12,668 nucleotides of DNA, from assembly GCA_031273775.1 (NCBI GenBank), contig JAISRF010000083.1:1-12668 (forward strand). Reading direction: 5' to 3'. This stretch comes from Oscillospiraceae bacterium (GTDB lineage: Bacteria; Bacillota; Clostridia; Oscillospirales; Acutalibacteraceae). Of the stretch, positions 6,931 to 12,668 are shown in pieces; positions within the stretch are counted from its first letter, which is position 1, and each line of letters starts with the position of its first letter. The translations under genes were made by a program, and so were the position numbers. Under the pieces are notes generated by a model that did no database searches, was not told the DNA's origin, and saw only the letters and a program-made list of their open reading frames with translations.

Positions 6931-7395
6931 TTATATACGCCTTTCTTTCATCGTTCTGTCCATCTCACGCTCGGCGTCTCGTTTCGCCGCCGATTCGCGC
7001 TTGTCATACAGTTTTTTGCCCTTGCATAACCCAACCTGCACCTTCACCCGTGAACCTTTGAAATAAAGCGAAAGCGGGATTAACGTCAGACCATCCTGTT
7101 TTACCATTCCGAACAGCCGTATAATCTCGCGGCGGTGCATCAACAAACGGCGTTTCCGCATGGGCTCGCGGTTAAAAATGTTGCCCTTCTCGTAGGGGCT
7201 GATGTGCATTCCATTCGCAATCAGTTCGCCGTGCTCCACGTCGCACCACGAATCCTTTAGGTTCACGCCACCGGCTCTGATTGATTTCACCTCCGTACCG
7301 CACAACTCAATTCCGGCTTCCATGCTTTCTACCACAAAATAATCATGAAAGGCCTTGCGGTTGGTGCTGATTGTTTTGTTAACTGTTTCTGCCAA
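6931..7395 (-). CDS. smpB: SsrA-binding protein SmpB
   Basis: The protein reads [49 protein letters not shown]...LYFK...[11 protein letters not shown], the canonical SmpB. TTG start at 7395 has AAAAAGGGAGG 8 nt upstream and gives about 155 aa, matching SmpB length. The listed ATG at 7479, and the ATG at 7443, lack a Shine-Dalgarno and would add a non-conserved N-terminus. Confidence 0.88.
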   Translation of the reverse strand: MAETVNKTISTNRKAFHDYFVVESMEAGIELCGTEVKSIRAGGVNLKDSWCDVEHGELIANGMHISPYEKGNIFNREPMRKRRLLMHRREIIRLFGMVKQDGLTLIPLSLYFKGSRVKVQVGLCKGKKLYDKRESAAKRDAEREMDRTMKERRI

Positions 7396-7507
7396 CCACC
7401 GCGCCTCCCTTTTTATTCTCTTCGGGTGAAATATCCGATCCATTAAGGTGATTCCACAAAGATACACTGCCGCGTGCAACGGTGTAATTCAAACTTTCAC
7501 CTTTATC

Positions 7508-7535
7508 ATTATACAAGAAAAAGTGAAAAAGTCAA
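7508..7535 (-). promoter_or_regulatory. Sigma-A-type promoter for smpB-hydrolase (-35 TTGACT, 16-nt spacer, -10 TATAAT)
   Basis: Minus strand reads TTGACTttttcactttttcttgTATAAT. The -35 maps to 7530-7535 and the -10 to 7508-7513, about 105 nt upstream of the smpB TTG. Confidence 0.6.
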
Positions 7536-7573
7536 TGAAATAATGATTGGAAGACTTGCTATATTTTAATTCA

Positions 7574-8107
7574 TTAAAATTGTATCAGGTCGGTTTCTTC
7601 GGAATAAAGCAGTACCACGGCGCACGCTGCAAGGATTGCGTATTCGTCCAGCGGCTCTACAAGCCGCACCGGAATTTCACGTGGCAACAACTCCTGCCCC
7701 GCGACTGTTTTAACCGTACGTTGCAGGCTTACCGCGCCGGAATGTTCATCAATGCTGGAAAGGCTTAACGTGTCACAGGCGGACATTCCGCAGGAAATGG
7801 TGTTGATTCCGCTGTTTTTTAAAAGACGCAATGCCGCGGAATTTTCAGAGCCGACCACGGCGGTGAAAGAGGTTGGAATGGAAAAATCGGAACAGTCCGG
7901 CAGGCGGTTTTTGAAAATAATGACGCCGTTTTCCGTTTCGAGCACAGGGGGGACAACCGTTTCATAAAGTAAAAATCGGTCACAGCCATGAGAAAACAGA
8001 CCGCCGTCATAAATATGGACAACCCCGCCGTTTTTTGAAAGCGCGCTTCTTAACTGACCGCCAATCTTCAGCCCGTCGTCCTCACCGAACAGCACCACCG
8101 TAATCAC
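7574..8107 (-). CDS. Hypothetical protein (~178 aa), unassigned; weak and uncertain resemblance to MoaB/MogA- or Mur-ligase-type Rossmann domains
   Basis: The ORF is continuous with plausible codon usage. The preferred start is GTG 8107, with GGGAGGGGGGGG 7 nt upstream. The listed start at 8161 is TTG without a Shine-Dalgarno. The N-terminus reads ITVVLFGEDDGLKIGGQLRSALSKNGGVVHIYDGG. It is flanked by A/T-rich intergenic regions on both sides. Confidence 0.5.
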   Translation of the reverse strand: MITVVLFGEDDGLKIGGQLRSALSKNGGVVHIYDGGLFSHGCDRFLLYETVVPPVLETENGVIIFKNRLPDCSDFSIPTSFTAVVGSENSAALRLLKNSGINTISCGMSACDTLSLSSIDEHSGAVSLQRTVKTVAGQELLPREIPVRLVEPLDEYAILAACAVVLLYSEETDLIQF

Positions 8108-8265
8108 GCGGAAGCCCCCCCCTCCCGGACAAGCCGGAATTGAAAATGATTGCGTCCGCAAGCGAACGAATTAAGATTTTCCATTCTGTCTTAAAAGCGT
8201 TTGCAGATTTTGACGTATTATGCAAAAGCAGTGTAATAAAAGCTGAAATATATCTGTGACCTGAA

Positions 8266-9528
8266 TTATACCTTCCCCACCACAGACAGGGCGTATTTTT
8301 CAAAATTCAACAGCCGATTGGCGGTTTCGTTCACCTGTTCAAGGGTCAACCTGTCAAGCCGTTCCAACAATTCATCCTCGGAAGTGATTTTGTTTTCCAG
8401 CAAAAGCCCCCGCCCGGAAAACGCCGCTCGGGACGCGCTTTGTTCGTAGCTCATGACCAAACCGGACTTGATTTGCGCTTTTGCCCGCAAGAATTCACTT
8501 TGATGAAGACCCTTCCGAGTATCCGTAACAATCGCCAAAATTTCATCCATCGCGCGTTGGCGGTTATGGTGTGCCACTCCCGCGGACACCCCAAACACCC
8601 CCGCGCCCATGTGCGATGCGTTAAAGGTATAAACGGAATAAGCCAACCCCAATTCCTCACGGATACGCTGATTTAACCGCGAGGAGCTTCCTCCACCCAA
8701 AGCCGTGGAAATCACAGCGAGGCTGAACCGGCGGTCATCGTTGATGGGAAAACCTTCAACAGCTAAAATTAGGTTGGTTTGTTCGGTGCGTTTTTTAACC
8801 AGCGATTTATCATATTTAAAGGCGGCGAAATCGTCTGGCGGCAAGGAATCGCCTTCTTGGCTACCCTCAAACGCTTTTTCAGCCATTTCGAGCAAAGCGA
8901 CCCGATCGAACCGCCCACAGACGGAAATGACCGTATGTTTTGGCGTGTAATAGGCTTCCATATGGCGACGTAAGACCGCCGGGGTTATGGACTTGACCGT
9001 TTTTACAGTGCCTAAAATATTGCCGCCGAGCATAGAGTCCGGCCACACCGTTTCGTATAATTTATCCGCGCAGAGTTCCTCCGGCGTGTCGTTGACCATG
9101 CCGATTTCTTCTAAAATTACGCCTTTTTCGGTCTCCAGTTCGGAGGAATCCAGCCGGGAACACAGCAACATATCCAGCATAATCCCAAAGGCTCTTTGCG
9201 TGTGCTCCGTCAGCGCCTGACCGTACATGCAGGTGTACTCCTTAGCGGTGTAGGCATTAATCTGCCCGCCGATTTCGTCCATCTGCTGGGCAATTTGCAA
9301 CGCGGTACGCCCCATCGTGCCTTTGAACAGCATATGTTCCAGAAAATGCGAAGCACCGGCGGTTTCCGGGGTTTCATACCGGGAACCACTGCCAATATAT
9401 ATGTTGATTGCGGCACTTCTGGCAGTTGGCGATTCTTCAAACACGAGACGAAGCTTGTTCGGGAGTGTAATAATTTCCGGAGGTTCCGGTGTGTACACGG
9501 TGATAATAACAACTTCCTTAGTTTTCAA
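8266..9528 (-). CDS. M16 family (insulinase/pitrilysin-like) zinc metallopeptidase
   Basis: HFLEHMLFKGT is the inverted HxxEH zinc-binding motif. The N-terminus ITLPNKLRLVFEE...GSGSRYE matches the M16B consensus. Start is uncertain. TTG 9528 lies 7 nt after the flotillin stop and has no Shine-Dalgarno. An in-frame GTG at 9498 is preceded by AAGGAAG. Confidence 0.85.
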   Translation of the reverse strand: MKTKEVVIITVYTPEPPEIITLPNKLRLVFEESPTARSAAINIYIGSGSRYETPETAGASHFLEHMLFKGTMGRTALQIAQQMDEIGGQINAYTAKEYTCMYGQALTEHTQRAFGIMLDMLLCSRLDSSELETEKGVILEEIGMVNDTPEELCADKLYETVWPDSMLGGNILGTVKTVKSITPAVLRRHMEAYYTPKHTVISVCGRFDRVALLEMAEKAFEGSQEGDSLPPDDFAAFKYDKSLVKKRTEQTNLILAVEGFPINDDRRFSLAVISTALGGGSSSRLNQRIREELGLAYSVYTFNASHMGAGVFGVSAGVAHHNRQRAMDEILAIVTDTRKGLHQSEFLRAKAQIKSGLVMSYEQSASRAAFSGRGLLLENKITSEDELLERLDRLTLEQVNETANRLLNFEKYALSVVGKV

Positions 9529-9535
9529 ATTGTGC

Positions 9536-10972
9536 CTATTTAACGTTTTTGCCCGAAATATTCACGGCGCCCTCTTTATCCGCCGAATCAGCAATGCGCG
9601 CGTCCGTTTTCTCCTCAATATCTTTCCCTAAAAAAGCCGGGATTTGCATGCCCGCCATTTTGAAGGTATCGGCCAGCGGCGGCACCGATTTTAGTAAACC
9701 GGAGAGAAAATTGGCCGTGGTGGGAGAATTGCCATCACCGCCCATGGAATCCCACACGGTGATTTTATCAAACTGCACGTTTTTGATTGCTTCGACCTGA
9801 ATTTTAATCAGGTTCTCAATTTTGTCCACCAGCATTAATTGCACGGCGGCGTTGGCATCGCCTCCGGCGGATTCCACAATCTTTGTGAAACCGGCGGCCT
9901 GACGAGCCAGAATTTCCTGCATACCGCGGGCTTGCGCTTCCATGGTGGCGTAAATGGCGTCCGCTTCGCCCCTGGCACGTCGGCGTTTCTGCTCGGCGTC
10001 GGCCTCCGCCTGCAATTCCAATTGCTCTTTTTGGATTTTTGTCTTGACGATAATGTCTGCCTGCTGGGTGGCGGCATCGCGGGCGGCGCGGGCGTTTTCC
10101 GCTTCTTGCTCGGCGGCGTAGGCTTCTTCCAGCGCTTTGGCGGCGGCGATTTTTTCCGCTACCGTCGCGCGGCGCAGGGCTTCAGCTTCCCTTTCACGCC
10201 GTGTGGCGTCCGATTGCGCAATGGCGGCTTTCGCCTCGTTTTCGCCGCTGACGGCGGACGCATTGGCGGTGGACACCTGAACCCTCTGATCCTGCATCGC
10301 GTTGGCTTCGCCGATGGAACCGTCGCGGTTTTTTTCGGCGACCGTCTTTTTCGCGTCGTTGATAGCCTTGGCGGCGGCTTCCTTACCCAGAGCCTCAATA
10401 TAGCCCGATTCGTCGGTAATATCGGTCACGTTCACGTTAATCAGACGCAACCCAATCTTTTTCAGCTCGGTTTCCACGTTGTAAGATACGGCTTCAAGAA
10501 ATTTGTCGCGGTCGGTGTTGATCTCCTCAATGTCCATGGTGGCAATGACCAGACGGAGCTGACCGAAAATAATATCCTTTGCCAGTTCCTGAATGGCCGG
10601 CATGGACTGACCCAGCAAACGCTCGGCGGCGTTTTGCATCACACCCGATTCGGTGGAGATACCGACTGTAAACCGGGAAGGAACGTCCACGCGAATATTT
10701 TGGTGAGACAGGGCATTCCGCAAATCTACATTTATGGACATTGGGGTCAAATCCAAAAATTCGCTGGCCTGAACGACGGGCATGATAAAAGACGCGCCGC
10801 CGTGAATACATTTGGCGGAACGGGCGGTGCCGTCCTTATTTGAACCGACCTTACCGTAGATAACCATGATTTTGTCCGATGGACACTTTTTGTAGCGGGA
10901 AAGGAACACAAGCAAAAGAGAAAACAAAACGATGACTGCGGCGACAATGGCGATTACGGCGGTATCCGGCAT
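9536..10972 (-). CDS. floT: Flotillin-like SPFH/Band-7 protein (FloT/YuaG, YqiK family)
   Basis: It has an N-terminal membrane anchor (AVIAIVAAVIVLFSLLLVFL), an SPFH domain, a long Ala/Glu/Gln/Arg-rich coiled-coil 'EA-repeat' region and a C-terminal flotillin tail. ATG 10972 has AAGGGAG 9 nt upstream. It lies immediately downstream of an NfeD-like gene, as in B. subtilis yuaF-floT. Confidence 0.88.
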   Translation of the reverse strand: MPDTAVIAIVAAVIVLFSLLLVFLSRYKKCPSDKIMVIYGKVGSNKDGTARSAKCIHGGASFIMPVVQASEFLDLTPMSINVDLRNALSHQNIRVDVPSRFTVGISTESGVMQNAAERLLGQSMPAIQELAKDIIFGQLRLVIATMDIEEINTDRDKFLEAVSYNVETELKKIGLRLINVNVTDITDESGYIEALGKEAAAKAINDAKKTVAEKNRDGSIGEANAMQDQRVQVSTANASAVSGENEAKAAIAQSDATRREREAEALRRATVAEKIAAAKALEEAYAAEQEAENARAARDAATQQADIIVKTKIQKEQLELQAEADAEQKRRRARGEADAIYATMEAQARGMQEILARQAAGFTKIVESAGGDANAAVQLMLVDKIENLIKIQVEAIKNVQFDKITVWDSMGGDGNSPTTANFLSGLLKSVPPLADTFKMAGMQIPAFLGKDIEEKTDARIADSADKEGAVNISGKNVK

Positions 10973-11011
10973 GGTGAAACAGCTCCCTTAAAATTTTTTA
11001 TAACGCGGAAT

Positions 11012-11668
11012 TCAACTCTCCACAGAGCTGACCAAAAACGTGTTTTCGTCCAGCGCGGCGGCGATTTTTACCTGCCTGCCGGGCTTGATTGGGATTGCTG
11101 CGTCGGTCACGGCGTCGGCTTCAATAAACTGTTCCTGCAAATTCAGGTTGATTTTACCTCTGCCGCTCTGCGCGGGCGGAATGGTGATGTAGACCGTGGC
11201 GTTCAATCCCACGGCGTTTTCATATTGAAGATTGCCGTTTTCCTGCAATCGGACGGCGAACATCATAATGAGCGCCACAATCAGCATCATGGCAATGCCA
11301 ATCAAAACCGCAAGTCCCACGGCGAGCGACGGTGCCGCCCCGCTGTCCAGAAGCGCGACGCCCGACCATCCGCCAACGGCAAAAAACGCCACAATGCCCC
11401 GCACTGTCAACAGGCGCAGACCGTCGTGACCGTAATCGTTGCCACCGGATTCGTGGTCGTGCGCGGAAAAATCGTGATCCGGCGCGGCGTCGTGGTCAAA
11501 ATCATTATCAAAATCGTGGCCGTGGGACAGGTCGCCCCCGTGACTTCCCAGCCCAATAAACAAAAACACCATCTGAATCATCAGTACCACAGAAGCGGGT
11601 ATGGCCATTGCGGCGAAAATTTGCTGAAACGTCGAAAGCGTCGCCCACCAATTGGAAAACCATGCCAT
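11012..11668 (-). CDS. NfeD/YuaF-like membrane protein (short form: transmembrane helices plus C-terminal OB-fold) with a His/Asp-rich insertion
   Basis: ATG 11668 has AGGAGAAAGG upstream. TM1 reads IFAAMAIPASVVLMIQMVFLFIGL. The HD-rich loop reads SHGGDLSHGHDFDNDFDHDAAPDHDFSAHDHESGGNDYGHDG. Two further transmembrane helices follow, then the NfeD C-terminal beta-barrel ..NATVYITIPPAQSGRGKINL..IPIKPGRQVKI... It lies 38 nt upstream of floT. Confidence 0.8.
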   Translation of the reverse strand: MAWFSNWWATLSTFQQIFAAMAIPASVVLMIQMVFLFIGLGSHGGDLSHGHDFDNDFDHDAAPDHDFSAHDHESGGNDYGHDGLRLLTVRGIVAFFAVGGWSGVALLDSGAAPSLAVGLAVLIGIAMMLIVALIMMFAVRLQENGNLQYENAVGLNATVYITIPPAQSGRGKINLNLQEQFIEADAVTDAAIPIKPGRQVKIAAALDENTFLVSSVES

Positions 11669-11731
11669 TTACACCTTTCTCCTCTCATGTTTGAGACAGC
11701 CTCGGAACGGATCTTCAGAGGTCACCTTGAC

Positions 11732-11760
11732 AGTGTAGCATATTCCACGGAAAAACGCAA
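11732..11760 (-). promoter_or_regulatory. Candidate promoter for the nfeD-floT-peptidase operon (-35 TTGCGT, 17 nt, TGcTACACT extended -10)
   Basis: Minus strand reads TTGCGTttttccgtggaatatgcTACACT, about 65 nt upstream of the nfeD ATG. Confidence 0.4.
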
Positions 11761-11856
11761 GATTCATGCCCCGATTTCCAAAAATAATTTTGTGATTAAA
11801 TTTATCGTACAGCGCGGTTTGTCAATTTTTTAACAAATTTAACACGTAAAAAAGCA

Positions 11857-11885
11857 TTGACACGGCAATTTGGTTATGATATAAT
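11857..11885 (+). promoter_or_regulatory. Near-consensus sigma-A promoter (TTGACA, 17 nt, TGaTATAAT) reading rightwards
   Basis: TTGACA is at 11857-11862, followed by a 17-nt spacer. TG is at 11877-11878 and TATAAT at 11880-11885. It lies about 75 nt upstream of GTG 11960. It is divergent from the nfeD operon promoter. Confidence 0.7.
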
Positions 11886-11959
11886 CCGATTAGAACGTTA
11901 AACGCAAATAAAAAGAAATGCATTAACAATTAAACAAAAACACAAATGGAGGTTTTTTG

Positions 11960-12668
11960 GTGAACAAATTATTTGCGGGATTCAGCCGCGTTAACGTAAC
12001 GCCGATGGTGGAAATCGGGATGCCCGGATATTTCAAGCCGCGTTTTGCCGAAGGAGTACTTGATGAACTGGAAATCAATGCCTTGGCGTTGTCTTGCGGG
12101 GAAGAAGAAGCCGTATTGTTGAGCATTGACCACGAAGGCATTACCAGAGAGATCGCCGCGGACTACCGAAATCATATATCTGAGGTTACGGGAGTTCATC
12201 GGGAGGCGATTTACCTTCACGCAACGCATATTCATACCGGTCCTTTTTTGAACAAGAATTCTGAAAATGAGCTGGAACAGGAATACTACAGAGCTGTATA
12301 CCGCAAAATGGCTGACGCGGCTCAGTTTGCGCTGGAGGATTTGAAGCCCGCTAAAATGGGCTGGGCGGTAAGTCAGGCGCCGCGCATTACTTTTTCCCGG
12401 CGCTTTCGAATGAAAGACGGAAGCGTCAGAACCAACCCGGGCGTGAATAACCCTGATATCCTTGAACCTATCGGTGAGATGGACGAAAGTGTGAATGTGT
12501 TGCGTTTTGACCGTGAGGGTGCTGAGAGCCTGGTATTGGTGAATTACGGCAATCATGCGGACGCGGTGGGCGGATGCAGGATTTCCGCTGACTATCCCGG
12601 TTTTTTGCGCAGGACGTTAGAGAAAACGCTAAGCGATGCCAAATGTATTTTTTTTAACGGGGCCGAGG
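11960..12668 (+). CDS. Neutral/alkaline ceramidase-family protein, N-terminal part (continues beyond the window end); absent from the ORF track
   Basis: GTG 11960 has AAATGGAGG 7 nt upstream. Translation reads VNKLFAGFSRVNVTPMVEIGMPGYF..RFAEGVLDELEINALALSCGEEEAVLLSIDH.... It continues ..EAIYLHATHIHTGPF..., which matches the conserved ceramidase-N motif (S-A-T-H-T-H-S-G-P). The frame is open to the end of the window. Confidence 0.7.
   Translation, partial: MNKLFAGFSRVNVTPMVEIGMPGYFKPRFAEGVLDELEINALALSCGEEEAVLLSIDHEGITREIAADYRNHISEVTGVHREAIYLHATHIHTGPFLNKNSENELEQEYYRAVYRKMADAAQFALEDLKPAKMGWAVSQAPRITFSRRFRMKDGSVRTNPGVNNPDILEPIGEMDESVNVLRFDREGAESLVLVNYGNHADAVGGCRISADYPGFLRRTLEKTLSDAKCIFFNGAE

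Noticed and set aside
7396-7479. Longer SmpB N-terminus from ATG 7479 or 7443
   Set aside because: The extra residues are not SmpB-like and have no Shine-Dalgarno. TTG 7395 with AAAAAGGGAGG gives the canonical SmpB length and N-terminus.
9839-10843. 334-aa plus-strand ORF rich in Gly, Val, Phe and Leu
   Set aside because: It is exactly antisense to the flotillin Ala/Glu-rich coiled-coil region. Its composition is a mirror artefact of GCN/GAR codons, with no Shine-Dalgarno and low complexity. The flotillin gene on the minus strand is strongly supported.
11225-11833. 202-aa plus-strand ORF (and 11232..11429, 11332..11559)
   Set aside because: Antisense to the NfeD-like gene. The His/Arg/Asn-rich sequence reflects the antisense of the HD-rich repeat.
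11969-12556. 195-aa minus-strand ORF at the window end
   Set aside because: Antisense to a plus-strand ceramidase-family frame that has a consensus promoter, a Shine-Dalgarno and a conserved motif. The minus-strand product is Arg/Ser/His/Phe-rich with no start signals.
1-12668. CRISPR arrays, rRNA or tRNA genes, and IS or transposase genes
   Set aside because: No regularly spaced direct repeats, rRNA-like stretches or transposase frames were seen. The only tRNA-like structure is the tRNA-like domain of the tmRNA.

Overview
The window covers the right end of a Firmicutes-type prophage and the host locus beside it.

Plus strand, coordinates 1–5350 (prophage):
- 3' end of a tail/host-specificity protein gene, truncated at the window start.
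- Two small phage genes of unknown function.
- A TcdE-like holin overlapping an Amidase_2 endolysin that carries two SH3-like wall-binding modules.
- A strong rho-independent terminator.
- A small protein with a sigma-70 region-4-like HTH and a tandem Cys4 zinc ribbon, then a 67-aa protein, then a large serine recombinase (LSR).

The LSR ends about 280 bp from the ssrA terminator; the ssrA (tmRNA) 3' end is a further 7 nt on. The tmRNA gene (minus strand) and its own terminator hairpin look intact, so the element appears to sit just downstream of ssrA rather than inside it.

Minus strand, right of ssrA (host):
- An alpha/beta hydrolase gene co-transcribed with smpB, which has a textbook promoter and a TTG start.
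- An unassigned 178-aa protein.
- An M16 (insulinase-like) peptidase, flotillin (SPFH) and an NfeD/YuaF-like protein in one operon. The NfeD-like protein carries an unusual His/Asp-rich insert.

Plus strand, window end:
- A near-consensus sigma-A promoter driving a neutral-ceramidase-family gene that runs off the window. The ORF track missed it and lists a spurious antisense ORF there.

No CRISPR array, rRNA or transposase was seen. Several long ORFs in the track are antisense artefacts of the high GC content.
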